Source: Elusimicrobiota bacterium (GTDB lineage: Bacteria > Elusimicrobiota > Elusimicrobia > UBA1565 > UBA9628). Taken from it: a stretch of DNA of 14,892 nucleotides. The notes below the pieces were generated by a model, which was not told where the DNA came from, did no database searches, and saw only the letters and a program-made list of their open reading frames with translations. The translations under genes were made by a program, and so were the position numbers. Positions 1-8,114 of this stretch are shown one piece after another. The DNA is taken from positions 1-14,892 of the forward strand of contig DAHVNA010000042.1 in assembly GCA_027319565.1 (NCBI GenBank). Reading direction: 5' to 3'. Position 1 is the first letter of the stretch. Each line of letters starts with the position of its first letter.

Positions 1-90
1 GGCAAAATGTTTTGAAAAAAGATAAAACAAAATCGCCCCGGATAAAAGCAGGCCTAAGGCCAAGGGAATTTTCTTTTGAAGGGCTTTCAT
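1..90 (-). CDS. N-terminus of a membrane-anchored or secreted protein (partial, runs off the window)
   Basis: Not in the ORF track. ATG at 90 overlaps the TGA (89-87) of the upstream gene as ATGA. The frame is open to position 1: MKALQKKIPLALGLLLSGAILFYLFSKHFA, a basic N-terminus plus hydrophobic helix. Confidence 0.7.
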   Translation of the reverse strand, partial: MKALQKKIPLALGLLLSGAILFYLFSKHFA

Positions 91-929
91 GGTCCCAGCA
101 TCCCTTGATAGCTGGATAAAAGCGTTCGCGCCTGGCTGAACAATTGCGCGTGAATCAAGGGCCATAAGGCCGCCAAGCGAAAAGCAAAAAGGGCGGGTAT
201 CAGAAACCCGGCAAACGAAATGAGAATTAATTTCCGGCCGTAAGCGGAAACGGGCGCGCCCGCGGTCTCTTTTAAATGAAGGAAAAGAAGAGAGGTGAAA
301 ATAAGCGCGAAGGGAAACGTGACGATGCCGGAGAAAAACCCCAGAACCGGAATTTTAGACAAGATCCACGCAAAGAGACTGATAAAAATAAGCCTGCCCG
401 ACACCCCCATCCAGCGATCCTTGACATAAAACAGGCTTCTCTCCAAGGACTCGATACCGCCGATATTTTCGGAAACAAAAACAAAGGGAACAAAACTCAA
501 GGCGAAAGCGAGAAAAATTCCCGGCAGAATCAAAAGATAAATCCCGCCGATCGCGGAGAGAAAAGCCAAAAGGCACGCCCAGGAAAAAGGAGTCAACTTA
601 TTCCAAGACTCCCGGTAGAGAGAGATGGCGTCCTTGGAATTTCCCAAAGAGACCTCAAGCAAAGCCACCTGGGTCCAACTGACTCCCCAAAGGGCCACGA
701 AAACCGAAAGGCCTCCCGCCAACGCCCACAGCCACCAATGGGAATATCCGGTTCCAAACCAGATGAGAAGGGCGGCCCCGAAAGGAATCATCCCGGCAAT
801 CAGAGTCAAAATTCCGCCCAGTCCCGCGGCCGCCATCAGCCCCCAAAACCGGGCCTTAAAAAGAGGCCAGGTTTCCCTGACCAAATCGACAATCGAGGGC
901 AAAGGAGAAGTTAAATCCATCCCATCCAT
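87..929 (-). CDS. Hypothetical multi-pass integral membrane protein
   Basis: Long ORF with about 6-7 hydrophobic segments. The 'SFVPFVFVSENIGGIESLERSLFYVKDRW' segment resembles DUF975 / GDPD-membrane-domain-like proteins. The start is moved from 980 to ATG 929 (or 920) because 980 lies in the ssrA promoter and a TATAAT sits just upstream of 929. Confidence 0.75.
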   Translation of the reverse strand: MDGMDLTSPLPSIVDLVRETWPLFKARFWGLMAAAGLGGILTLIAGMIPFGAALLIWFGTGYSHWWLWALAGGLSVFVALWGVSWTQVALLEVSLGNSKDAISLYRESWNKLTPFSWACLLAFLSAIGGIYLLILPGIFLAFALSFVPFVFVSENIGGIESLERSLFYVKDRWMGVSGRLIFISLFAWILSKIPVLGFFSGIVTFPFALIFTSLLFLHLKETAGAPVSAYGRKLILISFAGFLIPALFAFRLAALWPLIHAQLFSQARTLLSSYQGMLGP

Positions 930-935
930 AACGCG

Positions 936-941
936 ATTATA
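936..941 (-). promoter_or_regulatory. -10 box (TATAAT) of a probable leaderless transcript
   Basis: Plus-strand ATTATA at 936-941 is TATAAT on the minus strand, 6 nt before ATG 929. No SD and no well-spaced -35. Confidence 0.45.
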
Positions 942-979
942 TCTTTTTAATTTATCGGCGCTTGCGCAATATTTTCGCA

Positions 980-1008
980 TTGAAGAAGTCTCGCGCGTCT
1001 GTTATAAT
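980..1008 (+). promoter_or_regulatory. Sigma70-type promoter of ssrA
   Basis: TTGAAG (980-985), 17 nt spacer, TATAAT (1003-1008), with extended -10 TG at 1000-1001. It ends 8 nt before the tmRNA 5' end. Confidence 0.8.
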
Positions 1009-1016
1009 GAAATGAC

Positions 1017-1371
1017 GGGGGTGAATTAGGTTCGACAGGAGTGGTTGAACCCTCGGTCGCAGGCCCTGGAAGGTCTAAGCCAGGATAAAATCAGGCCAAA
1101 AAAAGAAAAGCTAACACACAGTTAGCCTGGGCCACCGCCTAAACCGCGGATGACCTACGTCGGTCCCTGACGCCCGCTGGGGGGCTTCCGACGTCATGAG
1201 CGGGATGCGGACCCTTTTCGCTGTTTCCGTCGAAAGGGTCCAAAGACACAACGGAGATAGTTCGGGGATACTCGTCCGACTGTTTTCCTCGAATGAAACT
1301 CAAGCCGGACTAAGCCTGTAGTGACCTGGGTCGGCCTCTTTTGGACGCGGGTGCGATTCCCGCCACCTCCA
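1017..1371 (+). ncRNA. ssrA: tmRNA (transfer-messenger RNA), one-piece, ~355 nt
   Basis: 5' end GGGGGTGAATTAGGTTCGAC. Acceptor stem GGGGGTG/CACCTCC (1364-1370) has the G3:U70 alanine identity pair and discriminator A1371. T-arm GCGGG-TGCGATT-CCCGC. Helix 2 pairs ~1037-1064 with ~1314-1343. Four pseudoknot-like elements are visible (e.g. pk1 CCTGG/CCAGG plus GGTCT/AGGCC). Tag frame 1110-1142 reads ANTQLAWATA*. Confidence 0.97.
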
Positions 1372-1406
1372 CGGTTTTTGCTTTGCCATTATTTAAGATA
1401 AACTGA

Positions 1407-2720
1407 ATGCCCTCGCGTGCGCTGACCTTAACCCTGTCCGGCTTGTTTTTCCTGATTCTTGCTTCCCTCTCCATCGCCAATCCGCGCTGGATTCCGATTC
1501 TATTTCCGCTTTATGGATTTATTTTTTTGTGGATGGGTCTGCGGCAAGAAAGGGAATTGCCGTTCGTTTTTCTTTTTTTGGTGTCGGTCTCAAGTCTTCT
1601 TTCGGCCTCTCGCCTTAAGTCTCCGTGGAATCACCAAATTTTCTTTGAACTGGGAGCCTTGTGGTTTTTCCAATTTTCCTGGGGCGTCTATCAAAACGCT
1701 ATTCTTAGCTCGCGCCGGGACCGGGAAGTCAGGGTCAACGCCCTCCATCTTAAAATCTCGGAAGAAGAAAAAGATATCGAGTATTACCAAAACTACCGCG
1801 GAAAAGCCCTGTCCCAGATTCAAAGCGCGCAAAATCTGACCGCCAGCGCCAAAAGCCTGGCCAACACGCTTTCGGCTGCGGAAGTCCACGACCGATTAAT
1901 CTCGATACTCTCATCTCGATTCCCCGTCGCCCAGGTCGAGATTGTCGCCTCTCCCGGACAAGACCCGCTTCTCAATTTCGCCCAAGCGAGAAATGGGCCG
2001 ACCCTGATCCGGGACGCCTGGGCCGATAAACGCTTTCATAATCTTTTATCTTCCTACCGTTCGGGGCTCGCCATTCCAATTAAGGTCATGCGGCAAGCCG
2101 CGGGCTTTCTTAAAATCACATCAAAAGAGCCTGATGTTCTTGGAACCGAAGAGGTCAAAGCCGCCGAACTTTTCGTCGCCATGGCCGCGATGAGTCTCGA
2201 AAATATCCGCTTTTACGAGCAGGTTCAGGCCCAATCGGTTCGAGATCCCTTGACCCAACTCTACAGCCACCGGGCCTTTCAAACCCAGCTTCAAGAAGAG
2301 CTTCTCCGCTCCGGCCGCAGCCAAACGCCCTTGTCTCTGATCATGATGGATATCGATCACTTCAAATCTTATAACGACCGCTACGGGCATCAGGCGGGAG
2401 ACTCACTTTTAAAAACCGTCTCCGCGATTCTTAACTCGTTTGCCCGCCCGGTCGATTATGCGGCGCGCTACGGCGGAGAAGAGTTTTGCCTGATTTTGCC
2501 CAATTTCGTGCGCACGGAAGCCGTTGAAATCGCCGAGCGCCTTCGCCTGAGAGTCGCCTCCCAACCCTTTTTCTTTCAGGGCGAGAAAAGTTCGGTCACC
2601 ATCAGCCTCGGAGTGGCGAGTTTTCCGCAAGACGCGACCACCGCCAGCCAAATTATCCGGGTCGCCGATGAAAGGCTTTATCAGGCCAAGCACGGCGGAC
2701 GAAACCAGGTGGTGGGATGA
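1407..2720 (+). CDS. Membrane sensor diguanylate cyclase (3 TM, coiled coil, GAF-like, GGDEF)
   Basis: DPLT, MDIDHFKSYNDRYGHQAGD, RYGGEEF and ADERLYQAKHGGRN motifs. I-site RxxD (RPVD) is present. N-terminal hydrophobic helices. GAF-like LAIPIKV...AGFLKI...AAMSLEN. Confidence 0.93.
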   Translation: MPSRALTLTLSGLFFLILASLSIANPRWIPILFPLYGFIFLWMGLRQERELPFVFLFLVSVSSLLSASRLKSPWNHQIFFELGALWFFQFSWGVYQNAILSSRRDREVRVNALHLKISEEEKDIEYYQNYRGKALSQIQSAQNLTASAKSLANTLSAAEVHDRLISILSSRFPVAQVEIVASPGQDPLLNFAQARNGPTLIRDAWADKRFHNLLSSYRSGLAIPIKVMRQAAGFLKITSKEPDVLGTEEVKAAELFVAMAAMSLENIRFYEQVQAQSVRDPLTQLYSHRAFQTQLQEELLRSGRSQTPLSLIMMDIDHFKSYNDRYGHQAGDSLLKTVSAILNSFARPVDYAARYGGEEFCLILPNFVRTEAVEIAERLRLRVASQPFFFQGEKSSVTISLGVASFPQDATTASQIIRVADERLYQAKHGGRNQVVG

Positions 2721-4039
2721 GCGCTTTTTTTCCGGCCAGTGGTTATTCTTACTGGGTCTTTTCGTTTCTTTGCGCTTCTCCGGCTCTTATTTTCTGGAGC
2801 GCTCAATTTCCAAAAAAACGCTTGACCGGAGCCGTCTTGGGGTTTATCTTTTTCTTGGGCTCCTTGACCGCTCTGGCAGTTCCAATTCATCTTAAAGCCG
2901 CAGCTCTCTCGTGCCTTCTTTGGTCGGTTTCCGCGACGTTTTGGGCTTACACGGAATACGCCCAGGATCAGAAAAGAGACGCCTCTTCCAAATCTTCTCT
3001 TGAAGAACTGATTAAAAAATCGGAAGAAGTGTCTTCTCGCCTTTCCGATCTAAAATTGGAGATGGTCAAAATCGAGCGCGAGCAAAAAAAGACCTTGGCG
3101 CTTTACGGCGCGGTTAAAAGCCTCGCCCAAGCCCTGGGCTGGGAGGACACCAAACCCATTCTGGAATCGGCTGTCGAACAATATCTCGGAGCGGCGTCCT
3201 ACTCTTTCTATGTCGGCTCTTTATCCGGAAATTCCGATTTTGACATGCTCTTATGCCGCGGGCTTCACGATTCTCCGGGCTCTTCCGCCGCGGCTTTAAA
3301 AAAATGCCTCAGCGAGCGCTCGCTATCTTATCGCCAGGCCTGCACGATTCATTCGCCTGAAGAGGCGATTCTCGTCCCCTTTGAGGACAACAGCGAAGTT
3401 CTAGGTCTTTTTTACGCCCGAATTCCCCACGGCGTAGACGCCGATGAATTTTTGAAAAGTTCGAAGATTTTCGCCGGCGAAATCGCCTTTGCCTTCAGAA
3501 GACTCAAACTCTTTCAAGACGTCGAAAACCTCTCCCGAATTGACGGACTGACCGGGGCGCACCGCCGGGGAGAATTCGAGGAAAGGCTGCGCCATGAGAT
3601 TATCCGCGCGCGCACTTTTAAGACGACCGTTGGAATCCTGATGCTCGACATCGATCATTTCAAAAAATTAAACGACCGCTACGGACATCCCTTCGGAGAC
3701 CAAGTTTTAAAAAAAGTCGGGGAGATTTTAAACGCCTCGGTCTACGAAACCGATTTCGTGGCCCGCTACGGCGGAGAAGAATTCGTGGTGATCTTGCCGC
3801 GCGCGGAACCTGCGGGAGCGCTTAGAAAAGCCGAGATGATCCGGGCCGCCATAGAAGCCGAAAAATTCTCTATCGCCTTTGAGACGGTCTCATCCACGGT
3901 TTCAATCGGCATGTCGCATTTTCCCCGCGACGCCTTTGAGCCGGCCGCCTTGGTCGCCGAAGCCGACCGGGCCCTTTATGAGGCCAAGGCCCGTGGGAGA
4001 AATCAAGTCGTAGACGCCAGTCAGGTCAAAAAATCGTAA
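2717..4039 (+). CDS. Membrane sensor diguanylate cyclase (3 TM, coiled coil, GAF-like, GGDEF)
   Basis: DGLTG, LDIDHFKKLNDRYGHPFGD, RYGGEEF and ADRALYEAKARGRN motifs. The I-site position reads YETD (no Arg). ATGA overlap with the previous gene. Confidence 0.93.
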   Translation: MSAFFPASGYSYWVFSFLCASPALIFWSAQFPKKRLTGAVLGFIFFLGSLTALAVPIHLKAAALSCLLWSVSATFWAYTEYAQDQKRDASSKSSLEELIKKSEEVSSRLSDLKLEMVKIEREQKKTLALYGAVKSLAQALGWEDTKPILESAVEQYLGAASYSFYVGSLSGNSDFDMLLCRGLHDSPGSSAAALKKCLSERSLSYRQACTIHSPEEAILVPFEDNSEVLGLFYARIPHGVDADEFLKSSKIFAGEIAFAFRRLKLFQDVENLSRIDGLTGAHRRGEFEERLRHEIIRARTFKTTVGILMLDIDHFKKLNDRYGHPFGDQVLKKVGEILNASVYETDFVARYGGEEFVVILPRAEPAGALRKAEMIRAAIEAEKFSIAFETVSSTVSIGMSHFPRDAFEPAALVAEADRALYEAKARGRNQVVDASQVKKS

Positions 4040-4089
4040 TAAAAATAGGATAATGATATCTAAGCCTCACGGTCAAACAAAAGGAAAAT

Positions 4090-5106
4090 ATGGATACCCC
4101 CACTTCAACAGAAAGCAATAAACCCGAAGAAAAGCCCGTCAAAAAAAAGCTCGTCAAAACTCTCATTCTCGTTTACTCTTTGACCATTCTTTTGGGCTTA
4201 TTTTTGGCGCTCAAAAATCGTCCTTCCAGTCCTTCCATCAATCTCGGCAATCAGGCGGCCAGCTTTCTTAAGTTTTCAAAGAAAGGGACCGTAGGCGTCG
4301 TCAAGATTCACGGACCCATCTATTTCTCCGACAGCAATCAGCCTTGGGAAGACGCGGGCGCCGAAAGCTGGGAAAGGGAAATCATCAAATTATCGAAAAG
4401 ACGGAATATCAAGGCCATCGTTCTCGATATCAATTCTCCCGGGGGAAGCGTGGGCGCGGTTCAAGAACTCTACAGCGAAATACTCCGAATCCGCAAGACC
4501 AGGCATATTCCCTTTGTCGCGTCTTTCGGGGATGTCGCCGCTTCCGGCGGATATTACATCGCTTCCGCCTGCGACAAAATCGTCGCCCATCCCGGAACCC
4601 TGACCGGATCCATCGGCGTTATTTTTGACGCCACCGACCTTCAAGGCCTCTTCCGCAAGATCGGAGTCAAAATGTCTCCCATTAAATCCGGAAAATTTAA
4701 GGATATCGGCTCCCCCGCGCGGGCGATGACGCCGGCGGAAAAAGATCTTCTTCAGAGAATCATTAACGACACCTACGAGCAATTTTTGTCCGCGGTCAGC
4801 CTCGGCCGAAATATTCCCCTAGAAAAACTCCGCCCCATCGCCGATGGGCGCATTTTCTCCGGCAATCAAGCGCTTAAAGACCATCTCGTCGATCAACTGG
4901 GCGATTTTCACGACGCCGTCGCCCTTGCGGCGCACCTGGGCGGAATTCCGGGAAAGCCCCGGGTGATTCGAGGACGGGGAAATTTCGATCAAATTTTAGA
5001 GCTACTCAGCTCCCGATTTTTAGGAAACCCGATCTCCTCCGCTTCTTTAATTGGAAAGCTGGAAATGCCGCGAGCGGGACTTGAATATTTATGGACGGGG
5101 TATTAA
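4090..5106 (+). CDS. sppA: Signal peptide peptidase SppA, short (36K) type, peptidase S49
   Basis: INSPGGS, DVAASGGYYIASA, TGSIGV, KSGKFKD and ADGRIFSG motifs. One N-terminal TM helix. AAGGA SD at 4081-4085. Confidence 0.93.
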   Translation: MDTPTSTESNKPEEKPVKKKLVKTLILVYSLTILLGLFLALKNRPSSPSINLGNQAASFLKFSKKGTVGVVKIHGPIYFSDSNQPWEDAGAESWEREIIKLSKRRNIKAIVLDINSPGGSVGAVQELYSEILRIRKTRHIPFVASFGDVAASGGYYIASACDKIVAHPGTLTGSIGVIFDATDLQGLFRKIGVKMSPIKSGKFKDIGSPARAMTPAEKDLLQRIINDTYEQFLSAVSLGRNIPLEKLRPIADGRIFSGNQALKDHLVDQLGDFHDAVALAAHLGGIPGKPRVIRGRGNFDQILELLSSRFLGNPISSASLIGKLEMPRAGLEYLWTGY

Positions 5107-5111
5107 ATCCG

Positions 5112-5678
5112 ATGCCCCTTTCAGAAATTTTCTACGATTATCTGGAATCTCCCGCCGAGGCGGAAAAGACGATCAAAGAACGCCCGCCGCTGGCCTTGGC
5201 CTTCTGCGGCTTTTTGGCCGCCGCCCTGGCTTTGTCTCTTTGGGAAAGCCTGGGATCCGGAGGATTTTTATTTTTCACCTTTAAAACGGTTTCTATTTTT
5301 CTCTGGAACTTTTTATCGGCATTTTTGTTGGCCGCCCTCATTCATCTCTACGCCTCGATGCGAAACTCAAGCGAGACTTTTGCCCCCACGGCGGCAAAAT
5401 CTCTCGTGGTCTATTTTGGGCTCTCGGATTTTGCCTGGACCTTGGCCGCCGTCGCCGCCTTTTTTTCGCTGATTTCCAGTCCCCTCCATTATCTGTCTTT
5501 TCTTGTGATTGCGATCGCCTCCTTTTTAAATCTCGCGCTTAAAGCCCGCGGAATCAAAAGCGTCTACCGCTTTTCCGGGCCGAAATCCTGGCTTTTAGCG
5601 TTGGCGCCCTACGTCTTACTCGCTTTTTTCGGCGTTTGCTTCATGATTTTGGGGCTCTTGGGACTTTTCTTGCGTTAA
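5112..5678 (+). CDS. Yip1-like integral membrane protein
   Basis: About 5 hydrophobic helices. 'YLESPAEAEKTIKERP' at the N-terminus and 'GIKSVYRFSGPKS' near the C-terminus fit the bacterial Yip1 pattern. ATG 5112 is preferred over 5091, which lies inside sppA. Confidence 0.6.
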   Translation: MPLSEIFYDYLESPAEAEKTIKERPPLALAFCGFLAAALALSLWESLGSGGFLFFTFKTVSIFLWNFLSAFLLAALIHLYASMRNSSETFAPTAAKSLVVYFGLSDFAWTLAAVAAFFSLISSPLHYLSFLVIAIASFLNLALKARGIKSVYRFSGPKSWLLALAPYVLLAFFGVCFMILGLLGLFLR

Positions 5679-5690
5679 ACTGTTAAACCG

Positions 5691-6431
5691 ATGGGAGAAG
5701 AAATTATCTCGGAAACCTTTAGCGGGCTTCCGGCGTTTACTTCCGCCGAGATGCGCGCTCTTGAGCAACTAGCGGAAGAGCGTTACGGACTTTCCTCGGA
5801 ACGCCTGATGGAAAATGCCGGACAAGCCGCCGCGCGAGAAATTGAAAATTGGAACGGCCTTTCGCGGGAAAAAACCATCGCGTTCGCCTGCGGGCGCGGC
5901 CTTAACGGCGGAGATGGGCTGGTCATCGCGCGGATTCTCCAGCAAAAAAAATTAAAGGTCTCCGTCTTTATCTGTCCGCCCAAAAAAGATTCCGCCTATC
6001 CCGCGCTTGTTTTAACTCAAATGGAAAAAGCTGCATCCGCGGGGGTTTCCATCACCTCCTTTACGGAAAGCCAGGATTTCGCCCGCGCGCTCAAAGATTC
6101 TCAACTGGTCATCGACGCCCTTTTGGGAACCGGTTCCAGCGGAAAACCGACGGGCTGCGTGCATTTTATGATCCAGGAAATAGCTAGGGGGAAAAAACCG
6201 GTGATCGCTATCGACATTCCTTCGGGGCTTAACCCCGACACCGGATACCACAGCGGCGCCTTTGTCACCGCGACAGAGACCTTGAGCTTGGGGCTTCCCA
6301 AAAGAGGGCTTCTCTATCCCCATGCTCAAAAAAATGTCGGAACTCTCAAGGTTCTCGACATCGGATATCCCCCGGCCCTGGTTCAAGCGGTTGTGGCGAT
6401 GCGCGATTCCAAAAGCGGCCCTAAGAAATGA
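5691..6431 (+). CDS. nnrE: NAD(P)H-hydrate epimerase (stand-alone YjeF_N domain)
   Basis: LMENAG, CGRGLNGGDG, IDALLGTG, AIDIPSG and LDIG motifs. No C-terminal dehydratase domain. Confidence 0.9.
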   Translation: MGEEIISETFSGLPAFTSAEMRALEQLAEERYGLSSERLMENAGQAAAREIENWNGLSREKTIAFACGRGLNGGDGLVIARILQQKKLKVSVFICPPKKDSAYPALVLTQMEKAASAGVSITSFTESQDFARALKDSQLVIDALLGTGSSGKPTGCVHFMIQEIARGKKPVIAIDIPSGLNPDTGYHSGAFVTATETLSLGLPKRGLLYPHAQKNVGTLKVLDIGYPPALVQAVVAMRDSKSGPKK

Positions 6432-7651
6432 ATTTGGAAACGGAAAAACCAAAGGCCCTGAGCGTTTCGCAACTCTGCGAACAAATTTACCGCTCACTGG
6501 AAGAATCTTTTCCGGATGTCTGGGTTGAGGGAGAAATCTCCAATTGCCGCCTGTATCCCTCGGGACACACCTATTTAACTTTAAAAGACGAAAATTCCCA
6601 AGTTTCCGCGGTCCTTTTTCGCGGGGCCGCAAGCGGAATTAAATTCAAGCCCGAAGACGGGCTCAAGGTTTTAGTCCGCGGACGCGTGTCTGTCTACACC
6701 AAAAGAGGGGACCTGCAGCTGGTGATCTCCCATATGGAACCCCGGGAAAAAGGCGGGCTGCAACTCGCCTTTGAGCAGTTAAAAGCGAAATTGGAAAAAG
6801 AAGGCCTTTTCGACCCCTTAAAGAAAAAACCCATTCCACGCTATCCGCAAAAACTGGGAGTTATCACCTCGCTTCAGGGAGCCGCCATCCGCGACATTTT
6901 AAATATCCTCTCGCGCAGATGGCCGGAGCTTGAGATTCTGATTTTGCCGGTCCAGGTTCAGGGAGACGCCTCGGCCCCGGAAATCGCCAAAGCCGTCGAG
7001 GATTTTAATCTCCATTTTCCCGAGACCGATGTTTTGCTCGTCGGCCGCGGCGGCGGAAGCCTAGAAGACCTCTGGGCCTTTAACGAGGAAATCGTCGCCC
7101 GGGCAATTTTTGCCTCCAAAATCCCCGTTATTTCCTGCGTCGGACACGAAATCGATTTTACCATCGCCGATTTTGTCGCGGATTTGCGCGCCCCGACTCC
7201 TTCCGCGGCGGCCGAGATGTCGGTTCCGGATTTAAAAAGCGTCCGCCAAGAAATCGATTCCCAAAAGCAATCTTTAATTAGAAGTATCCAGCATATGCTG
7301 GAAGTTTTCGAACAAAGGCTTAAGTCCTTGTCTTCCCATCCTTTTCTCAAAAGCCCGCACCGGATGATTGAAGAATTCATGCGCCGTCTGGATGAAACCC
7401 GGGAGCTTTTGTCGCGCGCGATAGCGGCCAAAATCGAACTCCTCAGCCAAAGCCTCGCCCTTCAAAGCGGGCGCTTGGACGCGCTGAGCCCGCTGAAGGT
7501 CTTATCCCGCGGCTATTCCGTCGCCCGGAGCTGGCCCAGCCTCAAAATTCTGCGCTCACCCCAAGACGTCAAAGCCCACGACATCATCCAACTCACCCTT
7601 CACCAAGGGGAGATTTTTTGCGAGGTCACGAAAAATGACAAAAGAATCTAA
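6428..7651 (+). CDS. xseA: Exodeoxyribonuclease VII large subunit
   Basis: VWVEGEISN, SGHTYLTLKD, GRGGGSLEDLWAFNEE, GHEIDFTIADFVADLRAPTPSAAAE and LSPLKVLSRGYS motifs. Confidence 0.97.
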   Translation: MNLETEKPKALSVSQLCEQIYRSLEESFPDVWVEGEISNCRLYPSGHTYLTLKDENSQVSAVLFRGAASGIKFKPEDGLKVLVRGRVSVYTKRGDLQLVISHMEPREKGGLQLAFEQLKAKLEKEGLFDPLKKKPIPRYPQKLGVITSLQGAAIRDILNILSRRWPELEILILPVQVQGDASAPEIAKAVEDFNLHFPETDVLLVGRGGGSLEDLWAFNEEIVARAIFASKIPVISCVGHEIDFTIADFVADLRAPTPSAAAEMSVPDLKSVRQEIDSQKQSLIRSIQHMLEVFEQRLKSLSSHPFLKSPHRMIEEFMRRLDETRELLSRAIAAKIELLSQSLALQSGRLDALSPLKVLSRGYSVARSWPSLKILRSPQDVKAHDIIQLTLHQGEIFCEVTKNDKRI

Positions 7652-7874
7652 AAAAGAATCCTTCGAGTCGGCGCTCAAAAAGCTGGAAGATTACGTCTCA
7701 TCCCTTGAGTCCGGAGACAAGCCGCTGGAAGAAAGTCTTGAAATCTTCGAGAAAGGCGTTTCCCTGGCCCAAACCCTGACCCAACGCCTGGAAGAAGCCA
7801 AACAAAAAGTGGAAGTTTTGATCAAGGAAGGCCGCGGCTTTTCCAAAAAGCCCCTGGCCGACTTAGACTCCTAG
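7635..7874 (+). CDS. xseB: Exodeoxyribonuclease VII small subunit
   Basis: 79 aa, SFESALKKLE...LESGDKPLEESLEIFEKG...LEEAKQKVEVL. Directly follows and overlaps xseA. Confidence 0.95.
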   Translation: MTKESKKESFESALKKLEDYVSSLESGDKPLEESLEIFEKGVSLAQTLTQRLEEAKQKVEVLIKEGRGFSKKPLADLDS

Positions 7875-8030
7875 GGATTGAAGCTCAAACCGCTCCGGTT
7901 TTACAGAAAGTAATGGATGATGGGAACTTTGACTCTCTCCTCGGGAACTTTTTGACCCTCGAGTCTGTATAAGAAAAGGGGAAATCTCCCTGGCGGAAAA
8001 GCCGTTCAACTGTTAAAATAAGGAGGGTCT

Positions 8031-8114
8031 ATGTTCGGGAAAGACACGGCCATGGAAATTCTAATGATGCTTCAGATGCAATTCAATCACATCGCCTCTC
8101 ATCTCATTGATTAG
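8031..8114 (+). CDS. Putative 27-aa small protein or leader peptide (MFGKDTAMEILMMLQMQFNHIASHLID)
   Basis: AAGGAGG SD at 8020-8026, ATG 8031, TAG 8112-8114 directly abutting the in-frame ATG 8115. Too short for the ORF track. Confidence 0.4.
   Translation: MFGKDTAMEILMMLQMQFNHIASHLID

Noticed and set aside
276..914. 212-aa plus-strand ORF and other ORFs antisense to the membrane protein
   Set aside because: Lys/Arg/Gln-rich shadow of a hydrophobic gene on the opposite strand, with no motifs.
1095..1142. Longer tmRNA tag AKKRKANTQLAWATA starting at GCC 1095
   Set aside because: GCC 1095-1097 is part of pk1 stem 2. The resume codon normally lies ~11-12 nt after pk1, which matches GCT 1110.
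7975..8006. Possible c-di-GMP riboswitch or terminator upstream of the flippase
   Set aside because: Only two weak short hairpins, no riboswitch consensus recognised and no U-tract.
8112..8114. Genome-wide TAG recoding suggested by the in-frame TAG
   Set aside because: xseB ends at TAG at its normal length, and all other genes read intact under the standard bacterial code.
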